Source: Flavobacteriales bacterium
GTDB taxonomy: Bacteria; Bacteroidota; Bacteroidia; Flavobacteriales_F; PHOS-HE28
Assembly: GCA_016787985.1 (NCBI GenBank)
Contig: JAEUTC010000043.1
Span: 17,145-81,144 of the forward strand
Direction: 5' to 3'
DNA: 64,000 bases
A program made the position numbers and the translations under genes. Below are positions 1 through 9,280 of this stretch, piece by piece (positions within the stretch are counted from its first letter, which is position 1; every line of letters starts with the position of its first letter). The notes beneath the pieces were generated by a model. That model worked only from the letters and a program-made list of their open reading frames with translations, had not been told where the DNA came from and did no database searches.

Positions 1-109
1 CTGCTCCACCTCACAGCCATCCACTTCCATCCCCTTCGAGCCACTGTCGGCACCGGATACCGTATGGACAGAGGCGGCGCTAGCAGCGCTGGAACGGTCC
101 CATCAAATA

Positions 110-1774
110 GTGTATGCCGACCAGCGACGCATCACGAACGGACCACAAGGCGACATGTTGGAGGGCGCCAAGCTGGTGAAGCCCGGCCGTGGCTTCTGGT
201 CGGTCTACCACCTGCCGGTTTTGATCAGCGCACCCCAACAGGACTATGCCATCGAAGGGTTCAGTGAAGACGGCAGATACCTAAGGCTGACCCAACGGTC
301 GGGCAGCCTCACGCGTGGCCATGAGAACGCGACCGTGGATCTTCTTTGGGTGGATCTTGAACGTGCCACCTATGCGACCATCAATGTCCGAACGTTCGAC
401 CAGCAATGGGATATGGATGGGGCGGGCACCGATACCAAAGGCCGCATAAGCATCGATTCGGCAGTGGTGACCTGCGCAGGCTCCCATCTATACATCACCC
501 ATGGATGTAAGGTAGATGGTCGTTCAGTGCCGTGCGAAGATCCTGGTGGGGCCTATCTCATCACACCCGAATCGCTGGTGCTCGACACGACCATCTCGGT
601 AGCCCGAACAGACATCGCCGACAATGGACCTCCCGCTCTATTGACCGCGATCGACAGGGCCAGCTTCGTAGAACTGGCGCGCTTATGCCCAGGTGATAGA
701 GGAACACGATCCACATTGGCACCATTGGATGGTGGTGCACGCGAACGACTGCTCCAAGACCATGCCCCTCGTTATGCGAACTGCGCCCTCTCCTACGGCT
801 GGTTGTTGCAGGAAGGACCGCAGACGCGTATCATGCTTCTTTCCGACCGGGATGATGACCATGATCTGCTCTGGTTGGCCTACGACGATGCGGGTAAGCT
901 GGTCGGTTTGGATACCATGGCCTCCCAGTGGGGCGATGGTCAGTTGATCCGTTGGGAATGTGCGGACATTGACCCGTACGGTAACCTCCGAGTAGAAGCG
1001 GTGGAGGAAGAGACTTTGCGCGATGAAGTGGATACCATGGCCTACCGTCGCGACACACTGATCTACACGATCCGGGTCGAAGGCACAGGTCTCTTGGATG
1101 AACAAGGAGAGGTCCGATCGCACTACGCACTTAAGCGACTCCCCGAGGATCTGACGCGATGCTGGGTGGAAAAGCACGCCGCAGCCAATAGACCACCCTA
1201 CCCGTGGAAGTCACTGCGTACGGTGATACCGGAGGATCGGAAGGTGTTCCAACACGTGATAGGCGACTTGAACCGGGATGGTGCGCAGGACCATGTGCTT
1301 GTGTTGACCAACGAAGCGGATGACGGACCTCGCGACCTCCTCATCGCCTTCACCGCGGTCGATCGTGGACAATACGTGCAGCATTCGCTCTTAAAGGCCT
1401 TCCTCCCCGAGAAGACCAGTGGTGGGTTCCATGATCCGATCGGCGAAGAAGGGATCAGCGGGATCTCGATCAACGCAGACACACTGGTGATCACACAATT
1501 CGGTGGTAGTGCCTGGAAGTGGACCAGTACTGACAAATATGTACACGATGGAAGGCGGAACGCATTCTACCTCGTGGAAACCGGTGGACGTAGTTTCCAC
1601 GCGGCCGGAGAAGAAGGCCTGCATGAAGAGCTGAAAGAGCTTGCCATCTTGAAAGCTCGACAAAAGCTCACCCCAGAACAGAGGGTCCGCTACACAGAAC
1701 TGAAGGATCTCGAGGAGAAGGCCACCTGGCGGTCAACACGTTTTGCAGTGGGCCAGAAGCCCATGGCGCGTTGA
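110..1774 (+). CDS. hypothetical protein (554 aa), no recognisable domain
   Basis: Long ORF with consistent GC-rich codon usage. No motif I can assign. True start uncertain. Confidence 0.45.
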   Translation: MYADQRRITNGPQGDMLEGAKLVKPGRGFWSVYHLPVLISAPQQDYAIEGFSEDGRYLRLTQRSGSLTRGHENATVDLLWVDLERATYATINVRTFDQQWDMDGAGTDTKGRISIDSAVVTCAGSHLYITHGCKVDGRSVPCEDPGGAYLITPESLVLDTTISVARTDIADNGPPALLTAIDRASFVELARLCPGDRGTRSTLAPLDGGARERLLQDHAPRYANCALSYGWLLQEGPQTRIMLLSDRDDDHDLLWLAYDDAGKLVGLDTMASQWGDGQLIRWECADIDPYGNLRVEAVEEETLRDEVDTMAYRRDTLIYTIRVEGTGLLDEQGEVRSHYALKRLPEDLTRCWVEKHAAANRPPYPWKSLRTVIPEDRKVFQHVIGDLNRDGAQDHVLVLTNEADDGPRDLLIAFTAVDRGQYVQHSLLKAFLPEKTSGGFHDPIGEEGISGISINADTLVITQFGGSAWKWTSTDKYVHDGRRNAFYLVETGGRSFHAAGEEGLHEELKELAILKARQKLTPEQRVRYTELKDLEEKATWRSTRFAVGQKPMAR

Positions 1775-1827
1775 TCGGATCCGCAGGCTGTCGTCCTTCT
1801 CCTGCATCAAGAGGCACGCATCCTCAT

Positions 1828-2175
1828 CTACGAAGACAATGGCCTTGAACAGCTTCGGGTTTCACCGCTCGTGCGGCTACGGATCGGACTAAGACAGGAC
1901 TTCGCCATCGCAAATGATGCTCGGAACCGTCCGGACTGTGCTGGTTCCGCGAGAAATCCCTTCACCTTCAACCCATCCGAGATATAGGTGATCCGGTACA
2001 CGATCACGGCAGCAAGCAGCCTATCCCCTTCGGGCATGGAAGTGCGCATATCGTCCACGATCTTCTTGGGCCATTCGAAGGGAGTGCCGTCGAGCAAGGT
2101 TCCGTCTTGAGCGAACACTGGAGCTGAGGCTCCTGCCAAGAGGCACTGGAAATGGATGAAGAGCGCGCTACGCAT
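1828..2175 (-). pseudogene. N-terminal fragment of a secreted alpha/beta-hydrolase (dienelactone-hydrolase-like), probably truncated or frameshifted
   Basis: Signal-peptide-like N-terminus, then ...VIVYRITYISDGLKVKGFLAEP..., typical of the DLH/acyl-peptidase fold. Only ~80 aa are sensible before the frame degenerates. No room for the rest of the domain before the neighbouring gene. Confidence 0.3.
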
Positions 2176-2327
2176 GAGTACAAAGTACTAAGGCGATTTT
2201 ACGGCTGGCTCAGAGGATGCACGATGGCCAGAGGCACCTTGACCCGTGTGGTGAATAGCGGACCTATTCTCCGCATATTTGACGGACATTCGCTAGAGCG
2301 GATCCATCATCATCGGAAGAACGCACC

Positions 2328-2906
2328 ATGAACCCCAAAGTCGACTGGTTCTTCGAGAAGGAAGGGCCCTGGCAGAAATGCTATGCCAAGCTGCGCACTT
2401 TGGCACTGGACAGCGGCCTCACCGAGGAACTCAAGTGGGGCCATCCCTGCTACACGCTCAAGGGCAAGAACGTATTCCTCATCCACGGCTTCAACGACTA
2501 TTGCGCGTTGCTCTTCCACAAAGGCGCGTTGTTGAAGGACGACCACGGCCTCCTCGTACAACAGACGGCCAACGTGCAAAGCGCTCGGCAGATCCGCTTC
2601 ACCAGCCTGAAGGAGATCACGAAGCTCGCACCGGTGCTGCGCAGCTACATGCAGCAGGCCATCGCAGTGGAACAAGCCGGCATGAAAGTGCCGATGAAGA
2701 AGACCACGGAGTTCGACATGCCGGAGGAGTTCGCGATGCAGTTGAAGGCAATGCCGGCATTGAAGAAGGCGTTCTTCGCGTTGACACCGGGTCGACAGCG
2801 CGGATACCTCCTGTACTTCGCGAGCGCCAAGCAAAGCAAGACACGTGAAACACGCATCGAGAAGAACGTGGAGCGTATCCTCGCCGGAAAGGGCTTGGAT
2901 GACTAG
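2328..2906 (+). CDS. DUF1801 / YdeI-OmpD-associated family protein
   Basis: C-terminal ...FFALTPGRQRGYLLYFASAKQSKTRETRI... is the YdeI/OmpD-associated signature. The N-terminal part is DUF1801-like. Confidence 0.75.
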   Translation: MNPKVDWFFEKEGPWQKCYAKLRTLALDSGLTEELKWGHPCYTLKGKNVFLIHGFNDYCALLFHKGALLKDDHGLLVQQTANVQSARQIRFTSLKEITKLAPVLRSYMQQAIAVEQAGMKVPMKKTTEFDMPEEFAMQLKAMPALKKAFFALTPGRQRGYLLYFASAKQSKTRETRIEKNVERILAGKGLDD

Positions 2907-3273
2907 AACGACACACATACCCATGCTCACCGCCATCATCCCCAAGCTGCCCATGCGCGACCCGGCGGCTACACGTGCCTACTATGTGGACCAACTCGGT
3001 TTCACGGTGGAAGGGAAATATGAGAACTACCTCATCGTGGAACGCGACGGTGTGGAGTTGCACTTCTTCCTTTTTGAAGACCTCGATCCCAAGGAGAATT
3101 ACGGCCAGGTCTATATCCGGGTGAACGGTATCGATGCGCTACACGACGCATGGTCCGCACAAGGCGTGCGCATCCATCCCAACGGAGCGCTTAGCGACAA
3201 GCCATGGGGACAGCGTGAATTCGCGTTGTTGGACCCGGACCATAACCTGTTGACGTTCGGTGAAGCCCTATGA
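2899..3273 (+). CDS. VOC family protein (glyoxalase/bleomycin-resistance fold)
   Basis: ...IIPKLPMRDPAATRAYYVDQLGFTVEG...VELHFF...DPDHNLLTF... Start taken at internal ATG 2899, which overlaps the upstream stop. The 2845 ATG in the ORF track is less likely. Confidence 0.7.
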   Translation: MTRTTHIPMLTAIIPKLPMRDPAATRAYYVDQLGFTVEGKYENYLIVERDGVELHFFLFEDLDPKENYGQVYIRVNGIDALHDAWSAQGVRIHPNGALSDKPWGQREFALLDPDHNLLTFGEAL

Positions 3274-3710
3274 CCGCGGAGAGGAAGCGGACTTCGCAGC
3301 TACTGACCGGAGGCACGCGCTTCGCAGCCGTTTCCGACCTCCTGGACTTCCTACCTGCCGACGAGCGCGCCCTGACCGAGCGATTACGGGAGCTCATCAT
3401 TTCCGAAGTGCCGGAACTGAAAGAGCGACTTAGCTTCAACGTGCCGTTCTACAAAGGTCGGCGTGACGTATGTTTCCTCTGGCCTGCATCGGTACTATGG
3501 GGAAGGACGAAGACCTACGAGGGGGTGCGCTTCGGGCTGAGCTATGGGAGCCTGGTACCTGGCTGCGAGCCCTACCTGCAACGGGGAGAGCGCAAGCAGG
3601 TGTGCTGGCGGGACCTCCAGGAATTGACCGACCACGACGAACGAAGGATCCGCGCCCTACTGCGCGCAGCTGTCGTCGTGGATCAGGAACGGGCGGGTGG
3701 ACTGCGTTGA
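3270..3710 (+). CDS. DUF1801 domain-containing protein (YdhG-like)
   Basis: ...LKERLSFNVPFYKGRRDVCFLWP... is typical of DUF1801. Start overlaps the upstream stop by 4 nt (ATGA). Confidence 0.65.
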   Translation: MTAERKRTSQLLTGGTRFAAVSDLLDFLPADERALTERLRELIISEVPELKERLSFNVPFYKGRRDVCFLWPASVLWGRTKTYEGVRFGLSYGSLVPGCEPYLQRGERKQVCWRDLQELTDHDERRIRALLRAAVVVDQERAGGLR

Positions 3711-4003
3711 GCGCGACGTGACCGAGACGCACCGCGCGCCATCCCGCTTTCAAAGTCGCATCAGCGGAAGGTTCGGGGCCTCCTCCCCTATGCCGATCCG
3801 CGCGTTATAACGAGCCGCTTTCAGGCTGCTCAGGTCGATCTTCGTTAACCGACCTGGGGTGGCTGGCGGAAGTACTAGATCGGCAGGTCGGGACAAAGAT
3901 CCTCTGTAGACGTAATGTAGCGCGTGAGCCCACACCTCGCCGTAGTGAAGTGGTGTGTTCACATTCGAACAGGGACCTCGATAAGATGGAAACACACCGG
4001 ATC

Positions 4004-5242
4004 ATGAACCGCCCCGCCTACCTCATTATCGGCCTTAGCGCACTGCTCTTCTCCTGCGGCGAGAGTGCCGAGAACACGATGGACCAATACGGCCAAGACC
4101 CCAGGATGAGCGAGTTGGAAGCGCGGATGGCGCAGATCACCGGCCAACCCGCACCAGAAGGCCAGTCAGCCAATGGCTGGGAACAACAGGGGGGTGAAGA
4201 AGGTGGATCAGGCTTCGCTCAACGAACTGCAACAGCAGCAGGCATGCGCACACATACCCTGAACAGTTCATCCTATAACGTTCCCTTCGCGCAGCTGGAT
4301 CTGCCCGCCCATTGGAACGTCCAAGGCATGGAAAGGGGCGACTGGACCGCGACGGCCCCCGGGGCGAACGTCAGGAACACGAAGCCCGCCAGCTTCATGA
4401 TGGTGGGTGGTCAGCTGGGTCAATTCTACCAGGCGAACGGACAGCAGATGCGTGCCCCGGTATCCCCTGAACAGGTGGTGATGCAGGACCTGGCTCCGCG
4501 GATGCGCCAGCAGGGCTACGAACTGGTCGGCCAAGCGCCAGCACCCGGCGTGGAACAGGTCGATCAGCGTGGCATGAACGGCTTGTACGTATCGGGGCAG
4601 GCACAAAAGACCTGCAAGGCCAACCTCAGCGAATGGCGGCGTGGCGACAAGCGGCTTGCCGTAGTGCTGCATTGGTTCAGCATCAGTAGTGCGGACATGG
4701 TGAACTGGGGCTACTACACCACCGAGTTGGAATCCACCGAAGGCACCTACGAACGTGAGAAGAGCGGATTGCTCAGTGGTCTCTCCACGATGCGTTTCAA
4801 TCCCGCCTACTTCGCGGCCCAGCACCGCCAAGCCAGACAGAAGGAGCAGGAGAGCATGGCCGCACACCAGCAGCAAATGATGAACAACCAGCAGAGCTGG
4901 AATGCCCACAACGCCCGCATGCGCAGCAACCAAGCCGCCTTCGATGCCAGCCAGGCCGCACACCGCGACATGGTGAACAGCGTGAACAACTCCATGATGG
5001 GCACCTGGAACAACACCAACGCCACCATGGATCGCATGCAGGATGCGACCATCAACGGTATCCGTGGGGAGCAGAACGCTTGGAACCCACAGACCGGCGA
5101 GCAAGGCAAGGTGGAAGCCGGGTACAACAACTACTGGGTGAACGGCGATGGCCAGTACTTCGGGACCAACGACGTCATGTATGACCCGAACGTGGGAAGT
5201 CAGTCGGGTGAACAATGGCAACAGATGGAGACCGAGCCGTGA
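4004..5242 (+). CDS. lipoprotein with Q/N/M-rich low-complexity C-terminal half
   Basis: Start set at MNRPAYLIIGLSALLFSCG (lipobox LFSC-G). The C-terminal 150 aa are Q/N/M/W-rich and prion-like. Confidence 0.55.
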   Translation: MNRPAYLIIGLSALLFSCGESAENTMDQYGQDPRMSELEARMAQITGQPAPEGQSANGWEQQGGEEGGSGFAQRTATAAGMRTHTLNSSSYNVPFAQLDLPAHWNVQGMERGDWTATAPGANVRNTKPASFMMVGGQLGQFYQANGQQMRAPVSPEQVVMQDLAPRMRQQGYELVGQAPAPGVEQVDQRGMNGLYVSGQAQKTCKANLSEWRRGDKRLAVVLHWFSISSADMVNWGYYTTELESTEGTYEREKSGLLSGLSTMRFNPAYFAAQHRQARQKEQESMAAHQQQMMNNQQSWNAHNARMRSNQAAFDASQAAHRDMVNSVNNSMMGTWNNTNATMDRMQDATINGIRGEQNAWNPQTGEQGKVEAGYNNYWVNGDGQYFGTNDVMYDPNVGSQSGEQWQQMETEP

Positions 5243-5284
5243 TGGCACGCCGTGGAGTGGCTCAGGAGTATCGAACTTCGCCGC

Positions 5285-5977
5285 ATGCCCACGACGCCAT
5301 CGGTCATCATCCCGAAGTCGACCCTCAGCTTCCTCGACGACTTGGAGGCGCACAATGAAAAGCCCTGGTTCGAAGCGAACAAGCCCAGGTACCAGACCGC
5401 CCACGCGAACATGGTGGCCTTCGCCGAAGCGCTGTTGGAACGGATGCGGGTGCATGACAAGCTGAGCACCCCCAGCGGCGCGAAGAGCCTGATGCGCATT
5501 TACACGGATCAGCGTTTCCACAAGGACAAGCCGCCCTACGCGCCGCGTTTCGGAGGTCGCTTGGCACGGGTGAAGCCGGCCCTACGCGGGGGATACTTCT
5601 ACCGGATCCAGCCCGGTGATCGGTCGCACGTCACCTGCGGCTTCATGGGACCCGAACCGGAGGATCTTCGACTGATCCGGCAGGACATCGCCTACGACCA
5701 CGCCTCCTGGCGGAAGATCCTTCGTGGCAAGAACCTTCGCATCCACTTCGGAGAACTTTTCGGTGAGGAAGTGGCCACGGTCCCCCGTGGATATGCGAAG
5801 GACCACCCTGCTGCCGATCTCTTGCGGAAACGCCAATTCCTTCTTCGCCGCACGTTCACGGACAAAGAAGTCCTTTCGCCGGTATTCTTGGATGAAGTGG
5901 TGAAGACCTACCGCTCGGTACGTCCGTGGTTCGATCATATGACCGCTGTGCTGACCACCGACGGCAACGGAGCATAG
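5285..5977 (+). CDS. DUF2461 (TIGR02453) family protein
   Basis: ...FLDDLEAHNEKPWFEANKPRYQ... and ...GGYFYRIQPGDRSHVTCGFMGPEPEDLRLIRQDI... are characteristic of TIGR02453. Confidence 0.7.
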   Translation: MPTTPSVIIPKSTLSFLDDLEAHNEKPWFEANKPRYQTAHANMVAFAEALLERMRVHDKLSTPSGAKSLMRIYTDQRFHKDKPPYAPRFGGRLARVKPALRGGYFYRIQPGDRSHVTCGFMGPEPEDLRLIRQDIAYDHASWRKILRGKNLRIHFGELFGEEVATVPRGYAKDHPAADLLRKRQFLLRRTFTDKEVLSPVFLDEVVKTYRSVRPWFDHMTAVLTTDGNGA

Positions 5978-5978
5978 A

Positions 5979-6692
5979 TCAGGATCGCGTTCGGTCAGAC
6001 CGACCCAGGATGCGCATTTGCAGTACATCCACGAAGAAGGCGAAGGCCATGGAGCCATAGATGAAGCCCTTCGGGATCGGATGACCGGCTCCTTCGGCCA
6101 CCAGCGCCACGCCGATCACCATGAGGAAGCTGAGCGCGAGGATCTTGAAACTGGGGTGCTGGGCGATGAAAGCGGCGATGGGTTTCGCGGCCACGAGCAT
6201 GATCACCACGGTGACCACCACGGCCACGTACATCATCCACAATTCGTCCACCATCCCCACCGCGGTGATGATCGAATCCACCGAGAAGACGAGATCCAAC
6301 AGCAGCACCTGCATCAGCAATTGGTTGAAACCGGCGGCCTTGGTCTGCACGGCTGCGTTCGGTCCTTTCTCCCCGCTCAGGTGGAAGAGTTCGCGCGTGG
6401 CCTTGTACAGCAGAAAAACACCACCTACCAGCAGGATGAGTTCCTTCCCACTCACACCCTGTCCGAAGACCGTGAAGAGATCGGCATCGAGCTTCATGAT
6501 CCATGAGATCACTGCGAGCAGGCCCAGCCGCATGACCATGGCCAGGCCGATACCCAGCTTCCGCAGCTTGTCGCGTTGGGACTCGGGCAGTTTATCCGCC
6601 AGGATCGAGATGAAGATGATGTTATCGATGCCCAGTACCACCTCCAGGGTGATCAGCGTGAGCAGCGCGATCGTGATATCGAGGATCTCCAT
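5979..6692 (-). CDS. terC: TerC family integral membrane protein
   Basis: LGIDNIIFISILADKLP motif and multiple TM helices. Full length ~237 aa. Confidence 0.85.
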   Translation of the reverse strand: MEILDITIALLTLITLEVVLGIDNIIFISILADKLPESQRDKLRKLGIGLAMVMRLGLLAVISWIMKLDADLFTVFGQGVSGKELILLVGGVFLLYKATRELFHLSGEKGPNAAVQTKAAGFNQLLMQVLLLDLVFSVDSIITAVGMVDELWMMYVAVVVTVVIMLVAAKPIAAFIAQHPSFKILALSFLMVIGVALVAEGAGHPIPKGFIYGSMAFAFFVDVLQMRILGRSDRTRS

Positions 6693-6736
6693 GTTTTCGC
6701 ACTGATTCCGTCGGTATGCCCATCAGGGCGGGACGC

Positions 6737-7090
6737 TCAAGCCTTCTTCACGAACTCGCTCTTCAAGGCCATGGCGCCAAAGCCCTCGATGCGGCAATCG
6801 ATGTTGTGTCCCGCAGTACTGCGGGAGCCTTCCACGAGTTTAATGCCGCGCACTTTCGTTCCAGCCTTGAGCGCTTTGGGAGCGCCTTTCACGGCCAGGT
6901 CCTTCACCATCACCACATCATCGCCATCTTTCAGAATGTTGCCATTGGCATCCTTAACCACTGGACCGGCCGCTTCCGCCGCTACTTCCGCCGGGTTCCA
7001 CTCATGGCCGCATTCAGCGCACATCTGAGATGTCCCGGTGGGATAGGTGATCGTAGAGCGACATTCGGGGCAGGGGGTGGTATCGGGCAT
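6737..7090 (-). CDS. phnA: PhnA/YjdC zinc-ribbon protein
   Basis: CPEC...CAECGHEW zinc ribbon, then ...[25 protein letters not shown]...[22 protein letters not shown], near-identical in pattern to E. coli PhnA/YjdC. Confidence 0.85.
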   Translation of the reverse strand: MPDTTPCPECRSTITYPTGTSQMCAECGHEWNPAEVAAEAAGPVVKDANGNILKDGDDVVMVKDLAVKGAPKALKAGTKVRGIKLVEGSRSTAGHNIDCRIEGFGAMALKSEFVKKA

Positions 7091-7196
7091 GGTGGCCGCG
7101 AAAGTACCGGTCTAGTTCGGATGTGCACCGTTGGAAGGGGGATGGAACGTGCGATCCGGAGCGAACCCTTCTACTGGGTTCGTGGTTCATTGCAGC

Positions 7197-8897
7197 ATGA
7201 ACCATACCCTAGCCTTCGCCTGTTGGTGCTCTTGTGCGCTGCCGGTTCACTCTCAAGAACCCTTGGAACACGTTTGGGCCCGGCGTGTGGGCAGCTCGAA
7301 CGAGAACGAGAAGCTCTGGCGTATGGCCGTGGACGAAGCCGGCAATGTCTTTGTAACAGGCTATTTCCGGGGCACCTTCGCAGAACAAGGTGTTTCGGTC
7401 ACCAGCGTAGGCGGCGCCGATGTACTCCTGCTGAAGTATTCATCACAAGGTGAACTACTGTGGGCCCGGTCGGCTGGTGGCCCACTTGGAGATGGTGCCT
7501 ATGGCATCGATACGGACAAGGATGGGAACGTGTACATTACGGGAACCTTCTCTGGGCTGGCCGTTTTCGGCGATACATTACTCGCTGTGAGCCATCCAGA
7601 GGAGATCGAGTTACCGTTCAGTTTCGTGGCCCGATACTCCTCATCCGGCGAGTTGGCTTGGGTGCGCGCGATGGAGGCAGAAATGGTAGCGGGTAGTTAT
7701 CCCTTTGGACAGAGCTATGCCGTGCGTGTAGGACCCGGTGGCGACCTGATCATTTGCGGCACCTACGCCTCAACTGATGCATCCGCCGGCAACCCTGCGT
7801 TAAGCACGCTCACCTTCGGAGGACAGCCGTTCAGGACATGCGGTCTTCCTTACGAATCGACCTACGTGATGCGAATGGACACCTTGGGCAACACCGAATG
7901 GGTGCACACCGTAGGTGGTCTTAATGGACAAGGGGTCTTCCAAAGCATCGCCTTCGACACGGGGGGTAACATCTGGGTGGGCGGGAACGTCGTTTCCAAC
8001 GCGGGATCCCCGTACGTGGATGGACCGGTGAACCTGGGCACGAGCGCCACGACGACCTACACCGGCGGGGTGATGCGGCTTAGCGGATCCGGTGATCCGA
8101 TCAGCGGCTTCCTGCTTTCGAGCACCAACACCAGCAACGTGGAGGACCTCATCGTTGCTGGGAATGGCGATATCTACCTCAGTGGCTGGCACCGAGGTTC
8201 GCTGTTCGCTTCGCCCTCAGCCACACAAGTGGATGGTTTCCTGATGCGTGTTTCCAACACCGGCTCACCCATCTGGACCAAGCGGCTCACGGGCCCTGGC
8301 AGCGACTTCTTCAGCGGTATAGCCACCACCACTGAACCCAACGAATTGGTAGGTGGCGCTTATTACTTCTTCGATGCGGACCTGGAAGGCGCCGACTTAG
8401 CCGCCAGCCCAGGGAATACGAGTGCGTTGGTCCGCCTCGATACCATGGGCACGGTGCTGGAGGTGGTCCAGCCGGAAGTGCTCTCCGGTTACAGCCTGAT
8501 CGCGGATGTGCAAAGCGACCTCTTCGGGAACTTCTACCTCTGTGGTGATGTCGGTGGTGAGGTGCGCTACGGACCCGACACCATCACATGCCTATCCCAA
8601 GACATGTACGTGGCCAAACTTTCGCCGCAACTATCCACCGGGCTAGAGCTGGTGGAGGTCAACGATCGGTCATTGCTGACCGGTTATCCGAATCCGACGG
8701 ATGGGCTCATCCGCATCAATGGTCCCTCTGCTTCAGGTTCATTCGATCTGTTCGATGCACGTGGCACGTTGGTAAGGCGCTTCACACGACCCGGCCAGGA
8801 CCCCGTACTCGACTTAGGCGGCTTGGCCTCCGGTATCTATGTGCTCTCCGATGGGCAGGGAGCGACCACTCGCATCGCACTGGAAGGAACTGATTAG
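7197..8897 (+). CDS. SBBP-repeat beta-propeller protein with T9SS C-terminal sorting domain
   Basis: Signal peptide at MNHTLAFACW... Repeated ...GNVYVTGYF.G.......GG.D..L.KY...G..LWAR... units (SBBP). C-terminal ...GSFDLFDARGTLVRRF...SGIYVL...TTRIAL is a T9SS type A CTD. Confidence 0.75.
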   Translation: MNHTLAFACWCSCALPVHSQEPLEHVWARRVGSSNENEKLWRMAVDEAGNVFVTGYFRGTFAEQGVSVTSVGGADVLLLKYSSQGELLWARSAGGPLGDGAYGIDTDKDGNVYITGTFSGLAVFGDTLLAVSHPEEIELPFSFVARYSSSGELAWVRAMEAEMVAGSYPFGQSYAVRVGPGGDLIICGTYASTDASAGNPALSTLTFGGQPFRTCGLPYESTYVMRMDTLGNTEWVHTVGGLNGQGVFQSIAFDTGGNIWVGGNVVSNAGSPYVDGPVNLGTSATTTYTGGVMRLSGSGDPISGFLLSSTNTSNVEDLIVAGNGDIYLSGWHRGSLFASPSATQVDGFLMRVSNTGSPIWTKRLTGPGSDFFSGIATTTEPNELVGGAYYFFDADLEGADLAASPGNTSALVRLDTMGTVLEVVQPEVLSGYSLIADVQSDLFGNFYLCGDVGGEVRYGPDTITCLSQDMYVAKLSPQLSTGLELVEVNDRSLLTGYPNPTDGLIRINGPSASGSFDLFDARGTLVRRFTRPGQDPVLDLGGLASGIYVLSDGQGATTRIALEGTD

Positions 8898-8952
8898 AAC
8901 CAACTGGTTGGATCCAGCACAATAGCATGCCTCACCGTGCGTTGGGTGCATC

Positions 8953-9276
8953 GTGCTTCGGTTGACCCAAATCCTTTTCACCACTTCGCTCGTCGCCGGC
9001 TTCTGGTTGTGGTGGGTGTTGGACCACGTGGGACACGGTTACCCTCCGGAAGGCGGCTTCCTGCGCTGGTGGCATGACTTGGAGGGGCAGCCCGAGTTCT
9101 ACCTGCTCTTTGTCCAACTCACCTACCCGCTTTATTGGTGGCTGAGCCGCAACGTCAAATGGTCGGCGTTCTGGCGCACCTGGCGGACGGCCCACATGGC
9201 ATTGGTGCTCCTGCTTCTATTGGCTACGGGTCTTATGTGGCTGGCCACGCCGGACCTTGGTGGTCACTGGGGTTGA
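8953..9276 (+). CDS. small W-rich membrane protein, hypothetical
   Basis: Two to three predicted TM helices. Sits in the gap between two large genes. No homology recognised. Confidence 0.3.
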   Translation: MLRLTQILFTTSLVAGFWLWWVLDHVGHGYPPEGGFLRWWHDLEGQPEFYLLFVQLTYPLYWWLSRNVKWSAFWRTWRTAHMALVLLLLLATGLMWLATPDLGGHWG

Positions 9277-9280
9277 ACCG

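Noticed and set aside
4268-5521. 417-aa ORF on the minus strand
   Set aside because: Antisense to the lipoprotein and DUF2461 genes. Pro/Arg/Gly/His-rich translation typical of out-of-frame high-GC DNA. No domain.
8898-8912. AACCAACTGGTTGG palindrome after the SBBP gene as a terminator
   Set aside because: Arms are only 5 bp with a 2-nt loop and no T-tract. Too weak to call.
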